A stretch of 59,449 nt of DNA, taken from contig WFQO01000150.1 in the NCBI GenBank assembly GCA_015486995.1, forward strand, positions 1 to 59,449, read 5' to 3'. The notes below the pieces were generated by a model. It saw nothing but the letters and a program-made list of their open reading frames with translations. It ran no database searches and was not told the DNA's origin. Positions 1 to 9,040 of this stretch are shown here, in pieces. The DNA comes from Nitratifractor sp. GTDB taxonomy: Bacteria > Campylobacterota > Campylobacteria > Campylobacterales > Sulfurovaceae. Every line of letters starts with the position of its first letter. Within the stretch, counting starts at the first letter, position 1. A program made the translations under genes and the position numbers.

Positions 1-2
1 AC

Positions 3-191
3 ATCCACCGCTGCTACCGGACCGACCTGGCCCCCGACGGCCTGGCGATCGATCTCTATTGTGCCGGAAGTGTCAGTATGGAGGGACGGGAGTGTTTCTG
101 GCTCTTCGATGTGGATCGGGAGGGGATGAGCGTACGGCGCGGCGTCTACGCGGAAGGCGAATACCGTCTCCTGGAGTGCACCGCCGACTGA
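3..191 (+). CDS. 3' end of a CDS running in from the window edge, function unknown
   Basis: Frame 3 is open from the edge (IHRCYRTDLAPDGLAIDLYCAG...LLECTAD) to TGA at 189-191, with GC-rich third positions. Confidence 0.6.
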   Translation: MHRCYRTDLAPDGLAIDLYCAGSVSMEGRECFWLFDVDREGMSVRRGVYAEGEYRLLECTAD

Positions 192-277
192 ATATCTGAA
201 GAGAGAAGTCAGCTTCTGGCTACTGTATAAAATGCGTACAATAGGCGACACGCAGAACTAGAGGCTCTAAAGCATCC

Positions 278-606
278 AACCCAAAATTTGCAGTAGACTT
301 CACGCCATCTGAACGGATCATCGGTGACATGGGCGATCGAAGGGAATGCCCTCGGGCGTCTGCGATGCCTTCGGCATAGACGCAGCGCCGTACGGAACTA
401 CAAAGGCAAAGCAGTTTGCCTTTGCTGAACGCTCCTCCCCTTACAGGTGCGCCTATGTTTTACTTTGGCCTACGCGGCTTCACTGTGTTTCGACCGCTCC
501 GGGTTCGAAGCGAAGGACACAAGGCGGTTTGTGCCCTTTGATCGCTTCTCCCCCTTCCACCTAGCATCGGCAAATTTGGCACAATTTCTATTGCAAAATT
601 CGAGTT
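278..606 (-). mobile_element. MITE-like long palindromic element with nested hairpins (family A, long copy)
   Basis: Imperfect 20-bp terminal IR (278-297 vs 587-606, 16/20); 306-349 matches the reverse complement of 47019-47062 at 38/44; internal hairpins at 356-383, 401-424, 489-509, 511-540. Confidence 0.7.
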
Positions 607-1838
607 CAAGGTTTTGAAACTTTTTTCATTTCTCTCTTCGCATAGAGTATTGCCAGAGGACGGGCACTGAGACCGTGTAGAAAAATGCTCAGAAGGATTG
701 TCAACGCCGCAACGGAGAAGATACGCTCATGCCCCTTGAAACCGCCCAACTGATGCACAGCGACCAGGATATAAAGGATGGAGGCGATTCCCCGCGGTCC
801 AAACCAACCGATAAAGAGCCGCGTCGACAGATCCAGGGGCAAACGTCCGAAGCTCAGAAGTACCGGCAGCATTCGCAACAGCGTTAGACTCAAGAGAGCA
901 AAAAGGATTGCCTTCAGATCCCAGTAGGGAAGACTCAATGGTACGAAGACCAGTCCGAAGACCAGAAAACTGATCATTACAAGCAATTCCCCTTCGCTTT
1001 CGGCGAACTCTTCGACATGTTCCCGGAGTGTTACATCACTGTTTCCGAGCAATAAACCACCGAAGAATGCAGCAATGTATCCGTTGCCTCCGACAAACTC
1101 CGCAAGGTAAAATGCGAAAATCGCCAAAGCGAGAGGAACGAGATTGTAGTATTGATGCTCCATCCACCCCCGTTGGATGCTGAAACGCCCCAATTTCGCT
1201 CCCAACCAGCCTACTGCCGCTCCGGCCAAAGCTCCGAAAAGAATCTGTCGCGCAATGTAGAGCAGAGGGCCCTGCGTACTTTCACCGGTATGGGCTTCCC
1301 CTTCTCCCGTAATCAATGCGAGAACCATCAAGAGCATCGGAAAGACTATTCCATCATTGAGACCGCTCTCGACATTGATCGTGTTTCGGACCGTTTCCGG
1401 TATCCGGGTATCACTGACCACCGCTTTGCCCAATGCGGCATCGGTAGGAGCCAGAATCAATGCAAGCAAAAACAGATAGAGTCCCGAAGACTCGTCCGGA
1501 AAGAAGAGTTTCGCCGTCAGCCAAGTCAGAATGATGCTCAGCGGCATCGCGACGAAGAGTAGTCGACCCGGAAGTCGCCAGTTGGGTTTCAACTTTATCA
1601 GATCGATTCCGGCCGCATCACTGAAAAGGACGACGATCAAAGCGATCTCGGCTATGACCTGCACCGCTTCGGCATTGGGAGTCACTGCCTCTCTCCCAAA
1701 TCCCAACGGCGAAAGGAAGATTCCCACTACCGTGAAAACCATCGGACCCGAAATATTCCAGCGGCTCAAGAGACGGGAAAAATAACCATATCCCAAGACC
1801 ACCAAAGAGATACCCAGAATAATCAAATGTTCATGCAT
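606..1838 (-). CDS. Cation:proton antiporter (CPA1/NhaP-type)
   Basis: Many hydrophobic segments; LAPTDAALG, ESGLNDG and WFGPRG motifs. Confidence 0.9.
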   Translation of the reverse strand: MHEHLIILGISLVVLGYGYFSRLLSRWNISGPMVFTVVGIFLSPLGFGREAVTPNAEAVQVIAEIALIVVLFSDAAGIDLIKLKPNWRLPGRLLFVAMPLSIILTWLTAKLFFPDESSGLYLFLLALILAPTDAALGKAVVSDTRIPETVRNTINVESGLNDGIVFPMLLMVLALITGEGEAHTGESTQGPLLYIARQILFGALAGAAVGWLGAKLGRFSIQRGWMEHQYYNLVPLALAIFAFYLAEFVGGNGYIAAFFGGLLLGNSDVTLREHVEEFAESEGELLVMISFLVFGLVFVPLSLPYWDLKAILFALLSLTLLRMLPVLLSFGRLPLDLSTRLFIGWFGPRGIASILYILVAVHQLGGFKGHERIFSVAALTILLSIFLHGLSARPLAILYAKREMKKVSKP

Positions 1839-1866
1839 CCGATCTTCTTTTCATCTCTCCTTGAAC

Positions 1867-3117
1867 TCATCCGTTGTTGTGGACAACCTGACCGAGATCC
1901 CACATCGGCAGAAAAATTCCCAGAGCCATCAGCAGCACCAGACCGGCGATAAAAAAGAGCATAATCGGTTCGATGTAACTTGAAAGATTGTCGATGATAT
2001 CCTGGAAGCGCATATCGTAATAATCGGTAACTTTCTGAAGCATTTTGTCGAGCTGGCCACTCGCTTCACCCGCTTTGATCATCTGCAACAACATGTTTTC
2101 AAAAAGTCCCGTCTGTTCGAACGCTTCCGTCAGACTCATCCCCCTTCCGATGTTGGCGTTGACGATTTCAAGTTTTTCACGAATATAATCATTGCTGACC
2201 ATCCCGACCGCCGTATCCAGAGCTTCCGAAACGGGAATTCCGGCGCGAACCAACTCACCGAAGACTAGTGTATAGTTATACATCGAAGAGAGAAAAATAA
2301 TCCGATTGATCAGGTAGAATCTCGGATGGACCATTAACTCATCCATCCTATATTTGAATTTTTTATTATTTTTGTAAAGAAAAATAAGGGTATAAATAAA
2401 AACCACAAGACCGAAGAGAAGATAGAAGCCGTAATGACTGAACGCATATTCCGCTCCCATCAATATACGAGTCGGAAGGGGGAGTTGTGCATGAAACTCC
2501 TCGAAAATCGAGCGAAACTTCGGTACCACAACCATAATGAGAATGACGAAAGCGATCGCCATCGCCGTCAATGTAATTAACGGATAGCGTAATGCTTTTT
2601 TGAATTTTGCCCTATTCTCCCGAATGTTTTCAAGAATATCTGCCAACTTGTGATAAGACTCCGGAAAATTACCGGTTTTCTCCCCAAGATTTGTCATTGC
2701 CATGGCAATGTGCCCAAACTCCTCCGTGTAGGGAGCGATCGCCTGAGACATACTCTTCCCGGCATTGATATCGGCCGCCAACTTATGATAGATCTCTTTG
2801 AGCCGTTTGTTTGTAGTATTGTGCGCCACATCCTTCAGCGTATCATGGATCGGTATCCCCGCATCCGTCATGACCGCAATTTGACGAATGGTCGCGATTT
2901 TATCCTCTTCACGAATTTTCCCTTTCGTAAAACGGCCCAGATCCTTCAAGACTTTTTTGATCACATCGTCCACCGGCATAGCGGTTTCGACTGTCTTGAC
3001 CACGACCGCTCGGGGAGACTCTCGTTTCACTTTTGCCGAAGCGGCCCGCTTGTTGGGCGCTTCCACGATCTTTGTCTCTCGTTTACCCCGTTCGATCACT
3101 GTCACTTCATAATGCAT
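1867..3117 (-). CDS. ctsF: Type II secretion/T4P inner-membrane platform protein (GspF/PilC/MshG; CtsF-like)
   Basis: Duplicated T2SSF domains (GEKTG, GEASGQLD), ALRYP, EPI...IFLPMWDL. Confidence 0.92.
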   Translation of the reverse strand: MHYEVTVIERGKRETKIVEAPNKRAASAKVKRESPRAVVVKTVETAMPVDDVIKKVLKDLGRFTKGKIREEDKIATIRQIAVMTDAGIPIHDTLKDVAHNTTNKRLKEIYHKLAADINAGKSMSQAIAPYTEEFGHIAMAMTNLGEKTGNFPESYHKLADILENIRENRAKFKKALRYPLITLTAMAIAFVILIMVVVPKFRSIFEEFHAQLPLPTRILMGAEYAFSHYGFYLLFGLVVFIYTLIFLYKNNKKFKYRMDELMVHPRFYLINRIIFLSSMYNYTLVFGELVRAGIPVSEALDTAVGMVSNDYIREKLEIVNANIGRGMSLTEAFEQTGLFENMLLQMIKAGEASGQLDKMLQKVTDYYDMRFQDIIDNLSSYIEPIMLFFIAGLVLLMALGIFLPMWDLGQVVHNNG

Positions 3118-3120
3118 GGA

Positions 3121-4866
3121 TCAAAGCCTCGCTACCCGGAAGATCTCTTCGACGGTTGTCTCTCCCGCAACCGCTTTGTGGATACCGTCTTCAAACATGG
3201 TGATGAACCCCTCTTTCATGGCTTGCTCCGTTAACTTCTCTTTGGAGGCGTTCGCGGCGATCATCCGCGAAAGCGTATCGCTGATGGGAAGCACTTCCGA
3301 AATCATTTCCCGACCGATGTAGCCTGTGTTGTTGCACTCTTTGCACCCTTCCCCGTGATAGAAGGTAGGAATCCCCTCCCCGAGATAGGGCCGGATCTCT
3401 TCGAGAACGTTGGGTGTCAATGTTTCGGCGGTTTTACAATACGGGCAGATTTTCCGCACGAGTCGCTGCGCCTGAATGGCGACCAATGCACCGCTGACGA
3501 GATAACTTTCGATCCCCATATCGATGATACGGGTTACCGCACTGATCGCATCGTTGGTGTGCAGAGTGGAGAGGACCAGGTGCCCTGTCAACGCAGCCTG
3601 AATCGCGATGCGTAACGTCTCCGTATCCCGGATCTCCCCGATCATGATCTTGTCGGGATCCTGGCGCAGGATGGAACGCAGTGCCGCCGCGAAAGACAAT
3701 CCCGCGTGTGCGTTCACCTGAACCTGCTGGATTCCCGCCATCTGATATTCCACCGGATCTTCGACCGTAATGATTTTATCCTTGATATCTTTGATAGCGT
3801 TAAGCGCTCCGTAGAGTGTCGTCGTCTTACCGCTACCTGTCGGTCCGGTGACGAGAACGATTCCGTAAGGCACTTTGATCGCCTGGGTGAAACGGTTGTA
3901 ACAAAATTCACTCATTCCGGCATCTTCCAGCCGGACAAGGACTTTCGATTTGTCGAGAATCCTCAAAACGATCGATTCGCCAAGCAGAGTCGGAAGCGTC
4001 GAGACCCGGAAGTCGAACTCTTTGTCCATGACTTTGGTCGTAATCCGACCGTCCTGGGGTTTTCTTTTTTCTGCAATGTCGAGATTGGCCAGGAGCTTGA
4101 TCCGGGAAGAGAGAGGGCTAAAAATATCTTTGTCGAAGATGAAACTCTGCTGCAACATTCCGTCGATCCGATCCCGAACAATACAGTTCTTTTCCGTTGC
4201 TTCGATGTGGATATCGCTCGCCCGATTGACAATGGCGTTTTTGAAGATCAAATCGATCAGTTTCAACACAGCGGGAGATTCTCCCTCTTCTCTTTCGCTC
4301 CCTCCTTCCCGAAGATCTTTGCGAATGTTGTCGATGTATTCTTTGAGACTTTCGGAAACTTCCATTCGCTGAAGGAATTCACGGATCTTTTTCGGATGGG
4401 ACATCGCCACCTGAAGCGGTTTGCGGGGGAAAAGCCGCTGCAGGGCATCCTGCGCCCCCATATCCAAGGGATCCTCGAAAACTACCAAAACGTTCAGATC
4501 GGTCTCTTCGATCGGAATGGCTCGGTAACGCATCAGTTGAGCATAGGGCACACGGCTGAAGAGCTGCATATCTACCTCGATATCGTCGAGATCGACATAA
4601 CGGATATGCAGTTCTCTTGCAACCTTTTCCAAAATGGGCTCGATCGGAATCCCTTCTCGCTCCAGATCGGACAATTTATCCAGACTGAAGCTTCCTTGCC
4701 GGATCTTACGACTGACGTAGCTCTGGATCGTTTTGATATCTAGGATTTTTTCCCGGATCATGTTGCTTAGATTTATTTTCAGGGGAGGACGTCTACGTAC
4801 CAGTTGTCCGACCTGCTCTTTCGTCACCACCCCGTCACGAACCATCTGTTCTATTAATCCGGCCAT
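3121..4866 (-). CDS. ctsE: GspE/PilB/MshE assembly ATPase (CtsE-like)
   Basis: ASDIHIE, Walker A GPTGSGKTT, EDPVEY, LRQDPD..MIGEIRD, TGHLVLSTLHTN, CxxC pairs; ATG at 4866 follows GAGAGG. Confidence 0.95.
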   Translation of the reverse strand: MAGLIEQMVRDGVVTKEQVGQLVRRRPPLKINLSNMIREKILDIKTIQSYVSRKIRQGSFSLDKLSDLEREGIPIEPILEKVARELHIRYVDLDDIEVDMQLFSRVPYAQLMRYRAIPIEETDLNVLVVFEDPLDMGAQDALQRLFPRKPLQVAMSHPKKIREFLQRMEVSESLKEYIDNIRKDLREGGSEREEGESPAVLKLIDLIFKNAIVNRASDIHIEATEKNCIVRDRIDGMLQQSFIFDKDIFSPLSSRIKLLANLDIAEKRKPQDGRITTKVMDKEFDFRVSTLPTLLGESIVLRILDKSKVLVRLEDAGMSEFCYNRFTQAIKVPYGIVLVTGPTGSGKTTTLYGALNAIKDIKDKIITVEDPVEYQMAGIQQVQVNAHAGLSFAAALRSILRQDPDKIMIGEIRDTETLRIAIQAALTGHLVLSTLHTNDAISAVTRIIDMGIESYLVSGALVAIQAQRLVRKICPYCKTAETLTPNVLEEIRPYLGEGIPTFYHGEGCKECNNTGYIGREMISEVLPISDTLSRMIAANASKEKLTEQAMKEGFITMFEDGIHKAVAGETTVEEIFRVARL

Positions 4867-4923
4867 CTTGTCCTCTCGCAAAATTTAAACTTCTAATAAT
4901 ATTATAGTCGTTTTTTCAGATAT

Positions 4924-5652
4924 TCAGATTTGCCGCCCTTTTCTCATCGCATCGATCAATAGTTTGACCTGAGGATTTCCCGTATTGTCATAATAGCGCT
5001 GCAAAATACGAATCGCTTCTGTTCGATGCCCCCGTTTGGCTTTCGCCTTGGCAAAGAGTATCCAACTCTCCACTTTCGAACTATCGATGACATTGGCTTG
5101 CATCGCCCAGTATTCCGCTTTTTTGTAGCGATGTTTGCTGTAATAATATTTGGCAAGATACATCGCATCATCATAATCCCGACTGAGAGGAAAACGTTTC
5201 TCGATCGATCGAATAACAGCCGCATCGTTACGTTTCACCATACTGAGTTCAACCGCACCCTTCTGTTTGAGAGACCCCTCGTCTTTCACGGGATTGTCTG
5301 TAAATGTAATTTGCATTTTAGGACGAACGGATTTTTCCTGTCGATGCTTCTCTTTCTTCATAGAAGGGGGCATTGTCTGTAGCAGGGGAGCGGCTTTCAC
5401 CTGTCGTTGAATCTTTTCGTTTTGTTGCTCCGTCGAAACACTGACATTCTGTTTTGACGTACTTCGTTCGGACTTTACAGCATCATGTTTGTTTTTTTTA
5501 TCAATCGATTCTCTTTTTCCCTGATACATTTCTACATAAAAAATGGGGAGTACCAGAAAAACAACGACCAACAAAGACCAGGACAATCGACGCAACAATT
5601 TTTTCCGTCGATACCGCTTCCATCGTTCTTCCAGCTCTTCGATCTCATACAT
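4924..5652 (-). CDS. Membrane-anchored TPR protein (CtsX/MshN-like)
   Basis: N-terminal TM helix, linker, TPR-like C-terminus (AMYLAKYYY...AEYWA); lies between the ctsP- and ctsE-like genes. Confidence 0.7.
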   Translation of the reverse strand: MYEIEELEERWKRYRRKKLLRRLSWSLLVVVFLVLPIFYVEMYQGKRESIDKKNKHDAVKSERSTSKQNVSVSTEQQNEKIQRQVKAAPLLQTMPPSMKKEKHRQEKSVRPKMQITFTDNPVKDEGSLKQKGAVELSMVKRNDAAVIRSIEKRFPLSRDYDDAMYLAKYYYSKHRYKKAEYWAMQANVIDSSKVESWILFAKAKAKRGHRTEAIRILQRYYDNTGNPQVKLLIDAMRKGRQI

Positions 5653-6457
5653 GGATGAATCCTATCTTGATCGCCGCCATCTCCAAATATTTAATGGAGA
5701 TTTTATTGTAATCGATCTTTTGTGGATCATGTTGATCATAATATTCGTAAATTTCGAAGAGCGTATAGAGAAGTTTGTTACACTCTCTGAAATTTCCTCC
5801 CGTCCATCGATGGATCAGTTTGATCTGTCGATCCCTGAACAGAGAGGCCAATTCGTTGTGCCCATGCTGTAAAAGACGTTTATGGATGTAAGCGTTGAGT
5901 TCAAGAGGAGTCGCATCGCGCAGTTCGATCGTCTCCCAAATTCTCGATTGAAAATGTTGTTTGGCGACAAGATCTTCATCCTCGGTTTTATGTAGAGTGA
6001 TAATGAACTTGATACTTCCGGTATCGGAGAGTACCCGGATCTCTTCCAGCATCTCTTTGGGATACATTTGCGCTTCATCCAAAAGCACGACGATCTCCCG
6101 CTTCCCCTTGATACGTCGGGCGAATGCTACGAAGGTTTCGAAATCCACCTTCGTCTTGGGCGGCAGATCTTTCCCCGTAAAGATACGAAAAAGCTTTCGA
6201 TAGAATTCACGCCGAGTTCCGCTTGGAATATCGAGAAGATGAATCTCAACCTCTCCCCTTTTCTTTTCATAGAGGCGATGAAGAAGGAGGGTTTTTCCTG
6301 TTCCCGGTTTCCCGTAAATCAAAACCATCTTTGTCGATTTTCCAAGGCTATGCTCCAACTGCCGAAAAGCGCGACGGCTCCCTTCCAGTTCGATGTATTC
6401 GCCAGTTTTCACTTCATCGATAAAAGCCTCTTTCGCATCCGTATAGCGATAACTCAT
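5645..6457 (-). CDS. ctsP: AAA ATPase, ExeA/MshM/CtsP-like
   Basis: Walker A GKPGTGKT, Walker B VLLDEAQ, TGGNFRE; operon context. Confidence 0.85.
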   Translation of the reverse strand: MSYRYTDAKEAFIDEVKTGEYIELEGSRRAFRQLEHSLGKSTKMVLIYGKPGTGKTLLLHRLYEKKRGEVEIHLLDIPSGTRREFYRKLFRIFTGKDLPPKTKVDFETFVAFARRIKGKREIVVLLDEAQMYPKEMLEEIRVLSDTGSIKFIITLHKTEDEDLVAKQHFQSRIWETIELRDATPLELNAYIHKRLLQHGHNELASLFRDRQIKLIHRWTGGNFRECNKLLYTLFEIYEYYDQHDPQKIDYNKISIKYLEMAAIKIGFIHV

Positions 6458-7971
6458 TTCAAACTTTTATATCCCAAGTCTCTCAGTGTTACATTACGAC
6501 GATTTCGAACGATATGAGGTGTGATAATGATGACAAGTTCGTCAGTATAATCGAGAATCTCCTCCCGTTTGAACGCGTACCCCAGAATCGGAATCTCCCC
6601 CAACAGAGGAATTTTGTCGGTTGTCGTCCCTTTGCTTCGGGTGATGAGTCCTCCCAGAATCGCATGATTTCCGTCACGTACCTTGATCACCGAGGAAATT
6701 TGTCGACGTTTGATATTCGGCGGCATCGTCAGGTTCGTCAAATGTTTCTTCTGTTCTTCATCCGCCAACGCGGTGATCGAAGGATTGATCTTCAGAGTAA
6801 TCATTCCCCGTTCATCCACTTCGGGAGTGATGTCGAGCAAAATTCCCGCAAAGACGGATTCGACCGTTTCATCTTCGGACGTTGCGGTATCCGATCCGCC
6901 TACTTTGTTCGTCGTTTTAAGTTTGTAGAAAATCTCCTGTCCGACACTGATCATCGCCGGTTGATTGTTCAGTGTCATAACTCGAGGGCTGGAAACCACG
7001 GTGACATCTCCCTGCGTGTTAAGGAACTTGAAAACACCGGTCAAATCTCCCGCCATGGCAAAGGAAAATGCTCCCCCTCCACCGCCGGTGGGATTCCCGC
7101 TATCTCCCTTTCCGAATTTTCCTTGATATTTTCCGGTAAAAGTTATCGACGTGTCGTAAATTTTTCCCCAATCAATTCCGAGACTCTTACTTTTATCGAG
7201 ACGTACATCGAGAATTTTGACATCGATCATCACTTCGGTCTTGACCTGTTTCATCAACGTCGCTATATAACGATCCACTCTCTCCAGTTGTCGGGAAGTG
7301 CCAGTGACAGTCACCAGCCCTGCTTCGGGATTGATGACCGGTTCAAGCGGATTGTATTCCCATTTCTGACCGTCAGGACCTATCCATGCGTTGCCGACTT
7401 TCGTAAAATGGATACTGCCGTCACCTGCCGTATTGAGAATCCGATGAATTTCGTCTTTGATCGTCCCCCAGAACTGGAACTCCTGATCACTTTTGATCGT
7501 TATCGTCGAGCCTTTCCCCGCCTTGCTGTTGTCTCCGCTCGAACTGCTGCTGGATCCTCCAGCTACCTGAACGTTGGCACTGCTCTGACCGGACCGTTGA
7601 CCCGTGACATAATGTACTTTGTACGTCCGGGTAACAAGATAGGAAATCGACAGTTTGTTTCCTCGAAGTGAATAGTTAAGATCGTTGTCTTTGAGGATCG
7701 TATCCAAGAAACTTTTCAGCGTTGCGTTTTTCAACTTGACGTAATAGAGTTTCTTCCTAAGTTTATGACGAGCACCGGAATCTTTTACGACAACCGTCAA
7801 GCCGCACGTCTCCGCCAGATTGTCGATGGCGTCTTCGATCGTCAGGCTATCACTGATCGTAACATTGAAAAGGCGGTTGGCACAGTTCGTATCCGCATTT
7901 GCATACTGTAGTAAGATGCTCCCGGCCATCAATAAGCCAAATAATAATCTCTTGAACAGTTTCATTTCCAT
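6454..7971 (-). CDS. mshL: Secretin, MSHA-type MshL/CtsD
   Basis: Signal peptide, Ser/Gly-rich loop, SSPRVMTLNNQPA, GILLDITP, IPLLGEIPILGYAF, ELVIIITP. Confidence 0.92.
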   Translation of the reverse strand: MEMKLFKRLLFGLLMAGSILLQYANADTNCANRLFNVTISDSLTIEDAIDNLAETCGLTVVVKDSGARHKLRKKLYYVKLKNATLKSFLDTILKDNDLNYSLRGNKLSISYLVTRTYKVHYVTGQRSGQSSANVQVAGGSSSSSSGDNSKAGKGSTITIKSDQEFQFWGTIKDEIHRILNTAGDGSIHFTKVGNAWIGPDGQKWEYNPLEPVINPEAGLVTVTGTSRQLERVDRYIATLMKQVKTEVMIDVKILDVRLDKSKSLGIDWGKIYDTSITFTGKYQGKFGKGDSGNPTGGGGGAFSFAMAGDLTGVFKFLNTQGDVTVVSSPRVMTLNNQPAMISVGQEIFYKLKTTNKVGGSDTATSEDETVESVFAGILLDITPEVDERGMITLKINPSITALADEEQKKHLTNLTMPPNIKRRQISSVIKVRDGNHAILGGLITRSKGTTTDKIPLLGEIPILGYAFKREEILDYTDELVIIITPHIVRNRRNVTLRDLGYKSLK

Positions 7972-8390
7972 TACCCCTTGCTGATTTGTATTGCTTTGCT
8001 TTCGTTTCTCTCCTGGAAGTAGAGACGCACACTTTTGTTTTCCTTTTTCAGGAGTACTTCGTTGCCTTCAACCCTCTCCACCCTGTAACCGAGTATTTTA
8101 TCTCCAAGCCCGACCCACTTTCCATTGATGAAAGCCCGGTCGTTTACAATGGCTTTGAGAACAAACTTTTCCGTCTCTGCAGGCGCATGGATCGTAGGAC
8201 GTTTTGTCCGATTCGCCTCCGTCGAGAGTACTACGAATACGGAGGGGACTTTAATGAAGTCGATGGAATGTTTTCCTATCCGTTTATTCTGAATTTTCTC
8301 GACCATCATTCCAATCTTTTTCACACTGAGTTCTGCCCGAATCGGGAGGCAGAATATGAGCAGGAGAACGGCGGAAGTAACAGTTTTCAT
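7971..8390 (-). CDS. Exported pilus biogenesis protein (MshK/PilP-like)
   Basis: Signal peptide; LKAIVNDRAFINGKW..LGD.I.GY beta domain; directly upstream of the secretin. Confidence 0.65.
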   Translation of the reverse strand: MKTVTSAVLLLIFCLPIRAELSVKKIGMMVEKIQNKRIGKHSIDFIKVPSVFVVLSTEANRTKRPTIHAPAETEKFVLKAIVNDRAFINGKWVGLGDKILGYRVERVEGNEVLLKKENKSVRLYFQERNESKAIQISKG

Positions 8391-9040
8391 CGATTGACCC
8401 CCCAGACGGAAATATTGATATCAGCCAGAATATTTTTTTGATCCGGGGAAACTTTGATGTCACTCGCGGTCACGTCCGTCACGAGTTTGTTTTGCTCCAA
8501 ATCGTTGAGAAAGGACAAAATACCCTGAAATTTTCCTTCACAACGAATCCCGACTTCCAGAACATGACCGAAACTGTTTTTGTCGTGAACGTATTGATTA
8601 TCCAGTCGGAGTAGCTTCACATCGTTTTGCTGTGCCCGTTTCGAAATAGAATCGAGAAACTTGGACCAGTTCTGTTGATTGAACAAAACTTCAGAGAGTT
8701 TTTTGAAGCTTTTGTCGAGCATTGCGATGCGTTGTCGATAATCGAGAATCTGCGCTTTCAATTTGTGGATATCATCGTCGTATTTGTTGATGTAGTAATT
8801 TCGATTACCATTGACGGTAATCGATCGAAGATAAAGGTTATCGCTCTTGATCTTCTTTTCCAAAGTCGTTTTCTCTCTCAAACTACTTTTGTATCGACTC
8901 TCGGCATAAGGATAGAGATAGAGATAGAGTATGTATCCCACCATCGCAGCGATTCCCAGGATGATCATCCAGCGTTCTGTCTCGCTTTTATTTGCGAAGT
9001 AATTGTCTAAATCTTCAAGGATATGAACATCTTTTTTCAT
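8387..9040 (-). CDS. pilO: PilO/MshJ-like alignment protein
   Basis: ERW + TM helix, coiled coil, C-terminal G.F..ILSFL..LE motif. Confidence 0.75.
   Translation of the reverse strand: MKKDVHILEDLDNYFANKSETERWMIILGIAAMVGYILYLYLYPYAESRYKSSLREKTTLEKKIKSDNLYLRSITVNGNRNYYINKYDDDIHKLKAQILDYRQRIAMLDKSFKKLSEVLFNQQNWSKFLDSISKRAQQNDVKLLRLDNQYVHDKNSFGHVLEVGIRCEGKFQGILSFLNDLEQNKLVTDVTASDIKVSPDQKNILADINISVWGVNR

Noticed and set aside
221-240. tactgtataaaatgcgtaca resembling an SOS box
   Set aside because: The right half-site CAG is missing at the required spacing
346-564. 72-aa ORF
   Set aside because: Lies wholly inside the palindromic element and has no protein-like features
4790-4866. Possible MshEN c-di-GMP-binding motif at the ATPase N-terminus
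   Set aside because: The RLG signature is absent; only the hydrophobic spacing is similar
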